A stretch of DNA of 26,801 nucleotides from an uncultured virus (IMG/VR IMGVR_UViG_3300021559_000006) (IMGVR_UViG_3300021559_000006); one strand, 5' to 3'; positions 1-8,100 are shown, counted from the stretch's first letter. Notes: a model not told the origin generated them from the sequence alone. Translations and numbers: made by a program.

Positions 1-165
1 GATGGTCTGGCCGCACTCCACGCAGCGCTCAGCCAGCAGGTGGAACGCCTCGACCGAGTCCGGGTGCTGCATCTCGTCCAGCAGGTGGTCCTGCTCGGGG
101 ATGCCGGAGTGCGGCAGGGTAGCGACGGCGGGGGTGTGGGCTTGGGTGTACTGCTCGACGGTCAT
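1..165 (-). CDS. Hypothetical protein, partial (MTVEQYTQAH...RCVECGQTI; runs off left edge)
   Basis: ATG at 165 with GGAG upstream; frame open to the window edge; CxxC motif. Confidence 0.6.
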   Translation of the reverse strand, partial: MTVEQYTQAHTPAVATLPHSGIPEQDHLLDEMQHPDSVEAFHLLAERCVECGQTI

Positions 166-257
166 GGCTTTCTCCGGGGCTTGTCGGCGTGGTGCAGGAG
201 TAGGGCGGCCAGAGTGAGAGCCGCGAGGGCAACGGTGAAGAGCAGGGCTGGGTTCAC
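162..257 (-). CDS. 31-aa single-pass membrane micro-protein (MNPALLFTVALAALTLAALLLHHADKPRRKP)
   Basis: Manual translation; start overlaps the upstream TAG, stop overlaps the next ATG; hydrophobic core with basic tail. Confidence 0.55.
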   Translation of the reverse strand: MNPALLFTVALAALTLAALLLHHADKPRRKP

Positions 258-601
258 TAGGCACCGTCCTTAACGATGCGCACGACGTTGGCGAGCGGCT
301 TCTCGGTCATCCATGCGCGGGACGCCTCCCGCCAGGCGAGCAGCTCCTGCACCGGGTCGCGCCACCGCAGGTTGGGCCGGTCCTGGATGAACGGTGCGGT
401 GAGGATCTGCACGGGGTCGATCTCGGCGGCCACGAACGCAGCGAAGCGCTGGGTGGTGGCCCAGTCGTCGAACCCCCACGCCCATTCGGGTTCAGCGCCG
501 CGCAGTGCGACAGCGAACCGCGGTGCGGGTGCGGGTTCGGGCTGGCCTGTTTCGCGGCGGCCGTGCGCGGCCATATCGGCGGACAGGCTGCGGTCGGTCA
601 T
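257..601 (-). CDS. Phage hypothetical protein (114 aa)
   Basis: ORF track; ATGA overlap with upstream gene; GAGGAG RBS. Confidence 0.7.
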   Translation of the reverse strand: MTDRSLSADMAAHGRRETGQPEPAPAPRFAVALRGAEPEWAWGFDDWATTQRFAAFVAAEIDPVQILTAPFIQDRPNLRWRDPVQELLAWREASRAWMTEKPLANVVRIVKDGA

Positions 602-795
602 GGGGTCGGCTCCTCGTTGCCGTCGATCCAGTCCGTCTCGATGACGCGGAAGATCCGGCCCTGGTCGATGAGGCGGTCGGTCTTGGCGACCTCGGTGATG
701 ACGTCGTCGGCGAGGGCGTACAGCTGATCGACCCGCAGCACGATGCCGAGGCGGTCTGAGGAGTTGCCGAGGGCGGCGACGATGTCGTCACGCAT
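598..795 (-). CDS. Phage hypothetical protein (65 aa)
   Basis: TGATG overlap with upstream gene; protein-like composition. Confidence 0.7.
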   Translation of the reverse strand: MRDDIVAALGNSSDRLGIVLRVDQLYALADDVITEVAKTDRLIDQGRIFRVIETDWIDGNEEPTP

Positions 796-1271
796 CAACG
801 GCTCGGCGCCCGCACAGCAGCAGCGTCCTTGCGCCAGGCGTCGACGGCACCACGGATCCGCTGGACGGCTTCACGCATGCCGTCGTCGTCCTCGTCGTGC
901 TGGCCGTAGACCTCCTGCACGATGGCGTCGCACTCGGCGATCACCGCGTTGTGCAGGCTGTCCCGCTGGGCGAAGAACGTGCCCGCCTGGACGCGAAGAT
1001 GGTCGGCCTCGGCGGTGAGCATCTCCACGTCGGCGGCGAGGGACTGGGCGCGGTCGCGGGCGTGATTCCACGCGAACAGGTACCGGCCACGCTCGGCGGC
1101 GACCAACTCCAGGTCGGCACGCAGCCGGTCGACCTCGGCGAGCAGTGCGCAGAGGTCGGCGACGGCCTCGTGCTGTACGAGGGTCCGCCACTCGCCGCTC
1201 GCGCTGCTGCGCTCGTGACGGGCGCGGATCTCGGTGAGGCGGGCATCGGACAGGGGCAGGGGCTCAGGCAT
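795..1271 (-). CDS. Phage coiled-coil protein (LLAEVDRLRA motif, Ead/Ea22-like)
   Basis: ORF track; AAGGAG RBS; heptad pattern. Confidence 0.7.
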   Translation of the reverse strand: MPEPLPLSDARLTEIRARHERSSASGEWRTLVQHEAVADLCALLAEVDRLRADLELVAAERGRYLFAWNHARDRAQSLAADVEMLTAEADHLRVQAGTFFAQRDSLHNAVIAECDAIVQEVYGQHDEDDDGMREAVQRIRGAVDAWRKDAAAVRAPSR

Positions 1272-1446
1272 TGCGGGTCTCCTTGGTCTGGTGGGTGCGG
1301 TGTTGGACGGTGTGGAGCAGCATCATGCGTTCGGCCTCAGCCTCGTCGACGCCGAGGATCGTGGTCGGGCACGCCGTCGACGCCGTACAGATCAGGGCGC
1401 GGCCGCCCTCGGGGATCGCGGCGTCGGCGGTGGTGAGCGTGTCCAT
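1264..1446 (-). CDS. Small Cys/His protein (60 aa, MDTLTTADAAIP...)
   Basis: AAGGAG RBS, TGATG overlap; C-x5-C...H-x3-H pattern. Confidence 0.65.
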   Translation of the reverse strand: MDTLTTADAAIPEGGRALICTASTACPTTILGVDEAEAERMMLLHTVQHRTHQTKETRNA

Positions 1447-1673
1447 CAGGACTCCTTCGGCGTGGTGGCCATGCGGCGGAATTCGTCGGCGACCTCGCAG
1501 TGGCAGGTCATCCAGCCGTGCTCGGCCTTCGGGTTGTGGGTGAAGCACGAGGTTCGGATCATCGCTTCGAGCTGGTTCAGTGCGGCGATGCGGATCGCGA
1601 CAGCAGTCCGGTGCCGCTCCCCGGTCCCGTTCACCTCGGCCCACACGGCAGACCAGAACCGGCGGGCGCTCAC
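1446..1673 (-). CDS. Phage hypothetical protein (75 aa, Cys/His-rich C-terminus)
   Basis: GTGA overlap with upstream stop; C-terminal part of ORF 1446..1781. Confidence 0.6.
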   Translation of the reverse strand: MSARRFWSAVWAEVNGTGERHRTAVAIRIAALNQLEAMIRTSCFTHNPKAEHGWMTCHCEVADEFRRMATTPKES

Positions 1674-1945
1674 TGGCCGGCCTCGGTGCAGGTCTTGCAG
1701 CGGGTGCGTCGGGTCTTCGGGTCGAGAGGGTTGACGGTGACCATCTGCGAGTCCGGGGTCAGCTGGCCGCAGCTCAGGCACTCGTCGCCGAGCATGTTGC
1801 GGAGCCGGTCGAGTTGGTCTGCGAACTCGCGGCGTTCGTTCGGCAGCATGTCCACGGCGATGCGTCGGGCTTCGGTGTAGTCCTGGTTGAGGACGTGCCA
1901 GAGGGCGGCGGTCTCGGCGAAGGTGGTGACGGGCGGTGTGGCCAT
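1670..1945 (-). CDS. Phage protein with C-terminal CxxC...CxxC zinc ribbon (91 aa)
   Basis: AAGGAG RBS; CLSC and CKTC motifs. Confidence 0.75.
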   Translation of the reverse strand: MATPPVTTFAETAALWHVLNQDYTEARRIAVDMLPNERREFADQLDRLRNMLGDECLSCGQLTPDSQMVTVNPLDPKTRRTRCKTCTEAGQ

Positions 1946-1948
1946 GGG

Positions 1949-2284
1949 TCAGCTCTCCTTGGGGAAGCGGGGCAGGCAGGTGTGGCGGTCGGCCAAGGCG
2001 TCCAGCTCGGCGAGTGTCGGCGAGAAGACGCCGGCCATGCCGGTGATCGACTGGCAGTCGAGGCAGCGGATCTCGTCGGCGATGACGGGGTGACTGTTCG
2101 CGACCGGCGCTTCGTAGACCACGGAGAAGCGGCTGCGCGGCTTGGGGCTGACGGCCGGCGCGGCGGCGGCCTCGGTGAGGATCTCGTCGCGGTAGGCGTT
2201 CATCAGGTGGCGGGCGTCGACTCCGCTGGTTGGTGCGGTGATCAGGGCCTGGCGGAGTGCGTAGGCGGCGCTGGTGCTGGTCAC
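1949..2284 (-). CDS. Phage hypothetical protein (111 aa, CxxC...HxC)
   Basis: GAAGGAG RBS before GTG. Confidence 0.75.
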   Translation of the reverse strand: MTSTSAAYALRQALITAPTSGVDARHLMNAYRDEILTEAAAAPAVSPKPRSRFSVVYEAPVANSHPVIADEIRCLDCQSITGMAGVFSPTLAELDALADRHTCLPRFPKES

Positions 2285-2359
2285 GTGCTGCTCCTTCGTT
2301 GGTGGTCGCTGCGGGCCGCAGCAGACAGGGACAGGCGGGCTAGGCGGGGCGGGGCGGGG

Positions 2360-2917
2360 TCAGGTGGTGGGCTCTTCGGCGTCGTCCGACCACGTCCTCT
2401 TGCGGCCGCCGGTCGTATCGGTGTGCCGACCCGAGTGGCCAGCGGCCCGCTGACACATCCAGTCGAGGAATGCGTCACCGCACTGACGCGGCGGCATCCG
2501 GTCGTCGGGCTCGGCGGCACACGTGCAGGCGAGGGCGTTCAGGCCGACCGCAGGGTCGTCGAGGCCGAGCAGTTCGCCGACGTGCTTCTCGGCGTCCTGA
2601 TACAGCCCGTCGAGGTGGTCGCGCTCCGTGCGCAGCTGCTCCACCTCGGCGCGGAGGCGCTGGAGCTCGGCGAGGCCGCCTGCTGCCATCAGTTGGTGCA
2701 CCTCGGCTGGCGGGGCGTGGTACAGCACGACGTGCTGGTCCGCTGCCTCCAGCGCTTGCGCCTCGGTGCGGTGCGACGTCGGGCGGATCCGGCAGATGTT
2801 GCACCACATGTCCCACGGCCACTCGGCGATACGGCTGCGCTCGGCGTCGAACGCCCGGGCTGGGGGTGGAGCCAGGGCGAGGCTGGCATAGGCGATGGGC
2901 GTGGGCTCGGTGGTCAT
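2360..2917 (-). CDS. Phage protein with zinc-finger motifs and a coiled coil (185 aa)
   Basis: GAAAGG RBS; CNIC...HxxxxH, heptads, and a CQRAAGHSGRH motif. Confidence 0.75.
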   Translation of the reverse strand: MTTEPTPIAYASLALAPPPARAFDAERSRIAEWPWDMWCNICRIRPTSHRTEAQALEAADQHVVLYHAPPAEVHQLMAAGGLAELQRLRAEVEQLRTERDHLDGLYQDAEKHVGELLGLDDPAVGLNALACTCAAEPDDRMPPRQCGDAFLDWMCQRAAGHSGRHTDTTGGRKRTWSDDAEEPTT

Positions 2918-2966
2918 GTCTGGCCTTTCGGGTGGTGGTGCGCGGGGTGGGTGGCGGCGAGGGAGG

Positions 2967-3200
2967 TCAGTCGTCCAGTTCGACGGCCTTGAAGACCGTG
3001 CCGTCCGGGAGCGTCACGTCCTCGTCGACCTCGAACTCGTCGAGGTCAAGGGACCACTGCTTCCCCCAGCCGGAGCACTGCGCGCAGACGCTGGTGGTGC
3101 CCTCGTCGTGGGCGCGCTCGATGGCCTGCTCTTCGTTGTCGGCCTCGACGGTGACGGTCTGGGTGGCGGTGGCGCTCATGTGGACGCGGTACTTCGGCAT
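2967..3200 (-). CDS. Small acidic phage protein (77 aa)
   Basis: GAAAGG RBS; strong GC3 codon bias; TVEADNEEQAIERA motif, CAQC. Confidence 0.8.
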   Translation of the reverse strand: MPKYRVHMSATATQTVTVEADNEEQAIERAHDEGTTSVCAQCSGWGKQWSLDLDEFEVDEDVTLPDGTVFKAVELDD

Positions 3201-3212
3201 GGCGGTGGCCTT

Positions 3213-3551
3213 TCAGGCGGCGAGCAGCAGGTGGGCGCGGGCGGTCTTGAACGCGGCCTTGCGGGGCGCGTACTTCGCGGCGATCGCGGCGACCTCGGCC
3301 GGGGAGTACACGGCGCAGTCGCGCATCCGGCCAGCGGCGTGGACGCGGTGCTGCTGGCCGGTGATCTGGAGCTTGACGGCGGCTTTGCGGAGGGAGCCGG
3401 CAACGGAGCGGGCTTCGCGGACGGTGAGGCCGGCGCTGATGCAGTACGTCGAGAGGGATGCTTCGCCGTTGCGCTGGATGCGGGCCTGGGCGCGGGTCTG
3501 GGTGGCGCGGGCGGCGATGGTGCGGCGGGCCTGGCGGCTGCTGGCGTTCAT
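3213..3551 (-). CDS. Basic putative DNA-binding protein (112 aa, MNASSRQARR...LLLAA)
   Basis: TGATG overlap with the 44-aa ORF; C-terminal part of ORF 3213..4637; strong GC3 bias. Confidence 0.75.
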   Translation of the reverse strand: MNASSRQARRTIAARATQTRAQARIQRNGEASLSTYCISAGLTVREARSVAGSLRKAAVKLQITGQQHRVHAAGRMRDCAVYSPAEVAAIAAKYAPRKAAFKTARAHLLLAA

Positions 3552-3685
3552 CAGCGGCCTGCCTTGGCGATGGCGCGCTCGATGGCCTTGCGGGCGGTGC
3601 GGAGTCGGGCGGTTTCGGCTTTGGTGGCGGCGATTTCGGCGCGCAGCCGGGCCATCTTCTCGGCGTGGGCTTCGGCTGCGTTCAC
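3551..3685 (-). CDS. 44-aa basic helical micro-protein (MNAAEAHAEKMARLRAEIAATKAETARLRTARKAIERAIAKAGR)
   Basis: Manual translation; AAGGAG RBS before GTG; stop overlaps next start. Confidence 0.7.
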   Translation of the reverse strand: MNAAEAHAEKMARLRAEIAATKAETARLRTARKAIERAIAKAGR

Positions 3686-3734
3686 GGTCGGCTCCTTGGG
3701 CTAGTGAGCGAGACTCCGTCCGCCTCGTTCCCTG

Positions 3735-3842
3735 CCTTACAAACCTTACAGAACTTACGGGCATGATCGCAAGGTCTGTAAGGAAATCCAGCCCACCAAT
3801 CCGTACTTTCCTTACAGACCTCACCGCCCTTACACTCCAGGC
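3735..3842. promoter_or_regulatory. Divergent promoter/operator region with CTTAC repeats and a perfect 15-bp inverted repeat
   Basis: CTTAC at 3736, 3745, 3754 (9-bp period), 3811 and 3829; IR aggtctgtaaggaaa 3772-3786 / tttccttacagacct 3807-3821; leftward TTGCGA-N18-TAAGGT; rightward TACACT 3831-3836, 6 nt before ATG. Confidence 0.8.
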
Positions 3843-4319
3843 ATGACCAAAGCCCAGAAGCTCACCACCGAGGAAGCCCGCAAGCAGTTCGCCGAGCTGC
3901 TCAACGGCAGCCAATTCCGCAGTGAACACACCGAGATCACCCGCCACGGCAAAGCCGCCGGCTACCTCGTCCCACCCGAGTGGTACGAGGCGCAGCACGC
4001 TGGCCAAGAGGAACTCAAGACGCTCCGGGCCGAGGTCAAAGCCCTGCGCAGGCAGCTGACCGAAGCCCCGGCGGCGGAGGCCGATCAGCCCGCACCCGAG
4101 CCCCGGGAGCGACCGTCCCCGCCAACGGCCCGCGAGCCCGACCCCGTGGCCGCACTGACGGACCAGCAGGCCGCCGAGTTGGCCACACGCGCGTTCTCCG
4201 CCGCCGACCGCGAGCACTACAGCGCACTGGTCGCAGGGACCAAAGACGGCGACCGGGCAGTCGTGGCCATAGCGCTCGATCGTGGCGTGCTCACCGCGTC
4301 CGACCTGCGCGCGATCTGA
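3843..4319 (+). CDS. Phd/YefM-family (antitoxin-fold) DNA-binding protein with coiled-coil, Pro-rich linker and C-terminal extension
   Basis: N-terminus TTEEARKQFAELLNGSQFRSEHTEITRHGKAAGYLVPPEWYE fits the Phd/YefM pattern. Confidence 0.85.
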   Translation: MTKAQKLTTEEARKQFAELLNGSQFRSEHTEITRHGKAAGYLVPPEWYEAQHAGQEELKTLRAEVKALRRQLTEAPAAEADQPAPEPRERPSPPTAREPDPVAALTDQQAAELATRAFSAADREHYSALVAGTKDGDRAVVAIALDRGVLTASDLRAI

Positions 4320-4333
4320 TCCGCGCGCGCCAC

Positions 4334-4365
4334 CCCGCCCGGAACCGTTCCGGCCACCAGGCGGG
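4334..4365. terminator. Possible terminator hairpin between convergent genes
   Basis: ccggaa-ccg-ttccgg (4339-4353) nested in cccgcc/ggcggg. Confidence 0.35.
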
Positions 4366-4399
4366 ACACACGTACGCCCGCACAGCGAAACACGACCGT

Positions 4400-4885
4400 T
4401 CATGCTGCCCACCTGCCGATCTTGCGCACCAGCAGTCCGGCCTTCAACGCCCGCCGGACGCAGTCCGCGGTGCCGTCCGAGCGCGGCTGCGCAAAGGCAG
4501 CGATGACCACCACGGAGCCGAGGTGACGCGAGGCTTCGTTGACCATGCGCTGGTTCCGGAACGCCCCGGCAGCGGGGCACCACGAGGTGCCGTCCGCGCG
4601 TCTGCGGCGGTGTCCGGGCTGGCAGTGGACGCCGCACGGATCAGCCCACCGGGCTTCGTAGGGCAGTTCCAGGACGCCGGGCTGCCCGAGGGTCCAGCGC
4701 GCCGCCATCGAATCCGCACCCGAGGCCGCGCCGTGGATGACCGTCAGGCGCTCGTGGCCGGCTTGCTGGGCGCCGATCCAGGCGTCAGCGAGAGCTGCGT
4801 GCAGGACGGTGCGGTGCGTGGGGGTGCGCCAGAGCCGCGAGCCGGTGACGAGGATCCACGCGCAGCCGGGGTCGGGGTCGGTCAT
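4400..4885 (-). CDS. SLOG-superfamily protein (DUF2493/YspA-like)
   Basis: ILVTGSR, IHGAASGAD, AAGAFRNQRMV and SDGTADC motifs; GGAG RBS. Confidence 0.85.
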   Translation of the reverse strand: MTDPDPGCAWILVTGSRLWRTPTHRTVLHAALADAWIGAQQAGHERLTVIHGAASGADSMAARWTLGQPGVLELPYEARWADPCGVHCQPGHRRRRADGTSWCPAAGAFRNQRMVNEASRHLGSVVVIAAFAQPRSDGTADCVRRALKAGLLVRKIGRWAA

Positions 4886-4932
4886 GGGTTGCTCCAAGGT
4901 GGGCCCGGCCGCCGTGACGGCCGGGCGGGCGG

Positions 4933-5214
4933 TCAGGCTGCTGCGCGTTGTTCGGCGAGGCGTTCGGCTCGCTCGGGGTCCGGGCCGGGCTGGCCCCAGA
5001 TGTCGCCGAACTTGGCCTGCCTGGCGACGAGACCGACCTTGGCGGGCTCGTTGCAGGTCAGTCCCCTGCGGTGGATCTCGAACGACGTGAGCGAGCTGAA
5101 CGTGAGATGGCATCCGCCGCAGTGGCTGCGTTCGTTGCCGGTCCACCAGGCTCCGCAGCCGTGGATGATCGCGTTTTCGGGGATTCCATCGCGACCGGGG
5201 ATCGGGAGTGACAC
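4933..5214 (-). CDS. Phage zinc-binding protein (FDxHR-type)
   Basis: HGCG..WTG...SHCGGCHLTFSSLTSFEIHR...C. Confidence 0.75.
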   Translation of the reverse strand: MSLPIPGRDGIPENAIIHGCGAWWTGNERSHCGGCHLTFSSLTSFEIHRRGLTCNEPAKVGLVARQAKFGDIWGQPGPDPERAERLAEQRAAA

Positions 5215-5349
5215 AGGAAGGGCCTTTCTTGCGGGTTGGGTTTTACCTAGGAGCGATCGGGGGCGTTCCGGCGGGCATCGCCCGGCGTGCGGGGGAGAGC
5301 GGCTGGCTGCGCCTCGCTGCCGGAGGTCCGCGTATCGGCCCGGAAACGA

Positions 5350-5751
5350 TCACCGCGCCGCCCCCAGCAACCCGAGCTCGTAGCCCGCAGCCGTCGCCTG
5401 TACCCGCCCATCCACACCCAGCAACTGGAACAACCGCGCCAACCGGGCCTTGACCGCGTTCACCGTCCAACCCAGCTGCTCCGCGATCTGCGCGTTGTCC
5501 AGGCCGTACGCCACCAGCCGCAGCAGGTCGACGTCCTCGGGGCGCACCGACGGCCGGTCCATGGCCGGCGTCGCGGTCGGTGGCGGTCGGTGGTCGCTGC
5601 GCCCGTCGACGGCGGGGCGTTCGACTCCGGCGGCGCGGGCGGTGGCTTTCGCGAGGCCGTTGACCTGGCGGTCGTCGAGGGTGAGGCCGAGTCCTGGTGC
5701 GGCTTGGCGGATGGCGATGCGGGTGCGGCGTTCGGCGGCGGTGACGATCAC
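5350..5751 (-). CDS. Transcriptional regulator with C-terminal LuxR/GerE-type HTH
   Basis: LLRLVAYGLDNAQIAEQLGWTVNAVKARLARLFQLLGVDGRVQA...GYELGLL; GAGGAG RBS. Confidence 0.85.
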   Translation of the reverse strand: MIVTAAERRTRIAIRQAAPGLGLTLDDRQVNGLAKATARAAGVERPAVDGRSDHRPPPTATPAMDRPSVRPEDVDLLRLVAYGLDNAQIAEQLGWTVNAVKARLARLFQLLGVDGRVQATAAGYELGLLGAAR

Positions 5752-5803
5752 GGGCTTCTCCTCGGGTTGCGGCGGGCGGCGTGGTGCGGCATGAGACTCG
5801 GCG

Positions 5804-6028
5804 TCAGCAAGGCAGCGGCGGCGGTGACGGGCCATCAGGCGGCAGGTGGATCGGGATCACCTGCGCGTCGGGCCCGGCGGCGATGCGCCCTGGGTGCGGT
5901 TGGCTGCGGCGTCGGCCTCGGGTGGTGCATGGGTCACCGGGGCCGGCACGGCAATGCGGGCACGGCACCTGGAGGGCGGGCGGGCGTCCGCCGTACCCCG
6001 CTGCACGGCGGACGTCGTCGGCGGTCAT
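5804..6028 (-). CDS. Phage zinc-finger protein
   Basis: ALQVPCPHCRAGPGDPC...PHPGR; ATGA overlap with the replication gene. Confidence 0.75.
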   Translation of the reverse strand: MTADDVRRAAGYGGRPPALQVPCPHCRAGPGDPCTTRGRRRSQPHPGRIAAGPDAQVIPIHLPPDGPSPPPLPC

Positions 6029-7227
6029 GAGGCACCGGCCTGGTCTGCCGCGACGCGGCCTTCGAGTTCGGCCATCCGCTCGGCGAAGCTCGGCGGCTTA
6101 GGCGTGCTGGCCGTGCCGCTGCTGGCCTGTTCGTGTGGCCACAGGTGGACAGGCTCGTTGGGGACGCCGTGGAGGATGGAGGTCTGGCCGGTGTCGGTCG
6201 GGCGTTCGCGTTCGGCCCACTCCTGCCAGCGGGCACCCCAGCCGCTGGCGGGTGCTCGGCGGGCGTCGGCGTTCTGGCGGCGGGCGAACTTGCGGGTTAC
6301 CTCAGCGAGCTGCTGGCCGGTGAGGACGGGATTGCCTGCGGCGAGTCGGGCGTCTTGCGCGGCGTGGATGTCGTCCTGGGTGGGCTGCCAGTCGGGGGTG
6401 ATCAGAGAGAGAGGATTTTGGTCACCGACAGTGACGGGCGCCGGTTCGCCTCTCTCTCCCTTCCCTTCCCTTCCCTTCCCTTCCGGCAGTGAATGGGTGG
6501 GTGAATCGTTCACTGAGTCATTCAGTGAACGATTTTCACTCTGCGTAGACCAATTCGAGGCTTCCGGGTCATGGTCGTCACCGTCTGCGAAACCGTCGCC
6601 TGTGGACGAGTTCACTGAATCGTTCAGTGAATCCCGCCCGCCGCCCACGCTCCGTGGCGGAACGTAGTCATCATCCGGCCGGTCGCCGCGCCCCTTGTTG
6701 CACGCCTGATGCGTCGCCCGAAGGTTCGACGGATAGTCCGAACCGCCCTGACTCTGCGGCACGATGTGATCGATCGACAGGTTCCACACGTCGTTACTGA
6801 CTGGCTTCTCCGGGATCTGCTGCTTGCACAACTGGCACGTCCAGCCGTCACGCCGGGCGTACATCTCCCGCACCCGACGGTTCTGCAACGAGGGCGCCGG
6901 CATGCGGCCGGGCTGCGGCCGGTTGATGCGCTGGTGCTTGCGGAAGTTGACGACCGCGGCGAGCTGCTGGCGGGCGATGCCGCCGACGTAGGGGAACAGG
7001 AGCCCGGCGTCGGTGATCTCGCCCATGAACTTCGTGACGTCCGCGATGGTCAGGTCGTCGTCGTACATGAACACGGTGGCCTTGATGTACGACGCAGACC
7101 ACCGCAACAGGCCCTCGTCGTCCGCGAGGTTGAACGTGGCGATGAACAGGAGCCGGGCTTCGCGGGAGAGCAGGCCGACGACCTCGTCCTCCCAGAACTC
7201 CGGCTTCACAGTGCGGATGCGGGCCAT
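6025..7227 (-). CDS. Phage replication initiator-like protein with internal HNH domain
   Basis: MARIRTVKPEFW...LFIATFNLADDEG...NFRKHQRINRP N-terminus; RDGWTCQLC...SIDHIVPQSQGGSD..SNLRATHQACN; EGKGREGKG linker; PDWQP. Confidence 0.85.
   Translation of the reverse strand: MARIRTVKPEFWEDEVVGLLSREARLLFIATFNLADDEGLLRWSASYIKATVFMYDDDLTIADVTKFMGEITDAGLLFPYVGGIARQQLAAVVNFRKHQRINRPQPGRMPAPSLQNRRVREMYARRDGWTCQLCKQQIPEKPVSNDVWNLSIDHIVPQSQGGSDYPSNLRATHQACNKGRGDRPDDDYVPPRSVGGGRDSLNDSVNSSTGDGFADGDDHDPEASNWSTQSENRSLNDSVNDSPTHSLPEGKGREGKGERGEPAPVTVGDQNPLSLITPDWQPTQDDIHAAQDARLAAGNPVLTGQQLAEVTRKFARRQNADARRAPASGWGARWQEWAERERPTDTGQTSILHGVPNEPVHLWPHEQASSGTASTPKPPSFAERMAELEGRVAADQAGAS
6451..6631. repeat. Putative origin of replication: two TTCACTGA-N5-TCAGTGAA palindromes plus a (TTCCC)n tract
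   Basis: 13-bp IR 6504-6534; 9-bp IR 6611-6631; pyrimidine tract 6451-6484; located inside the initiator gene. Confidence 0.65.
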
Positions 7228-7231
7228 CGGT

Positions 7232-8053
7232 TCACACCTCGCCGTCGGAGAGGTGCGCCATCAGGTCGCAGTCAAGGTTCGAGCCCGCCCGGTGGGCGAC
7301 TTTCCGCATCTCCTCGATACTCAGGCCAGCTTTCATGAGCTGCCCCAGGGCGTCCTTGAACGCCTGCGGCGTCTCTGTCGGCTCGATCCCGTCCGTGCTG
7401 GCATCTCGCCATGCTTCGCACCAGACGTCAGCGACAGAGCCGAGCTCTCGCCAGCCTTCGAGGATCGCCTGCATGAGTTCGTGATCCTCCTGCTCGACGA
7501 TCTCGCGAGCCCTTTCCTGGATCTCGCGCACGCGCCGCCAGGCGACACCGCAGCAGTACCGGAAGTGATCCTGAACGCCGTGCGCCGTCATGGTCGCTTC
7601 GACGATGTCCGGCCACATGCGCGACGGCAGTCCTGAGGTACGGAGCGCCTCGACGCTCTGCTTCCAGTTGCTGGGCAGCGCCGCGACCTTGGCACCCGGC
7701 TGCCAGACGGACGCCCAGGGCTCCCATGCGCGTGTGAATTCCGACCAGTTCTCTTCCTTGACACGCTGCTGGTCGTCCTGCATGGCGGCAGCGGCCTCGA
7801 TGGCCCTGGCCCAGCGGACTTGGTCCTGTTCGACGCCGGCCACGATCGCCGCATCGGGCGGCGTAGAGCTCTTGCCGCCGTTGCAGTCGGCACACGCCGT
7901 GATGAGGTTGGTGGGTTCGTCGCCTCCCCCGAGCGCCACGGGGATGACGTGGTCGACGGTCAGCTTCACGCTCGGAGCCGAGCGCCCGCAGTAGCGGCAG
8001 GCGTGGTTGTCGCGCCTGAGGACTTCGAAGCGAAGGCGCTTGGAGACAGCCAT
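7232..8053 (-). CDS. HNH endonuclease-domain protein (N-terminal HNH, helical C-terminus)
   Basis: LRFEVLRRDNHACRYCG...VDHVIPVALGGGDEPTNLITACADCNGGKS. Confidence 0.92.
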   Translation of the reverse strand: MAVSKRLRFEVLRRDNHACRYCGRSAPSVKLTVDHVIPVALGGGDEPTNLITACADCNGGKSSTPPDAAIVAGVEQDQVRWARAIEAAAAMQDDQQRVKEENWSEFTRAWEPWASVWQPGAKVAALPSNWKQSVEALRTSGLPSRMWPDIVEATMTAHGVQDHFRYCCGVAWRRVREIQERAREIVEQEDHELMQAILEGWRELGSVADVWCEAWRDASTDGIEPTETPQAFKDALGQLMKAGLSIEEMRKVAHRAGSNLDCDLMAHLSDGEV

Positions 8054-8100
8054 GATGATCTTCTTTCGGCGGTGCAGGGAGTGGATAAGGGGCGGCCTAT

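Noticed and set aside
3735..3836. CTTAC repeats as a CRISPR or mini-array
   Set aside because: Units are only 5-9 bp with no spacers, and there are no cas genes; better explained as operators
3213..4637. 474-aa minus-strand ORF, including an ATG at 4403 that overlaps the SLOG stop
   Set aside because: Runs antisense through the Phd gene and across the operator array with non-protein-like composition; only 3213-3551 looks real
1580..5383. Long + strand ORFs (1580..2992, 2470..3846, 3980..5383) and similar ones elsewhere
   Set aside because: Shadow ORFs expected in high-GC DNA; Arg/Gly/Ala-rich, no motifs, and they overlap well-supported genes
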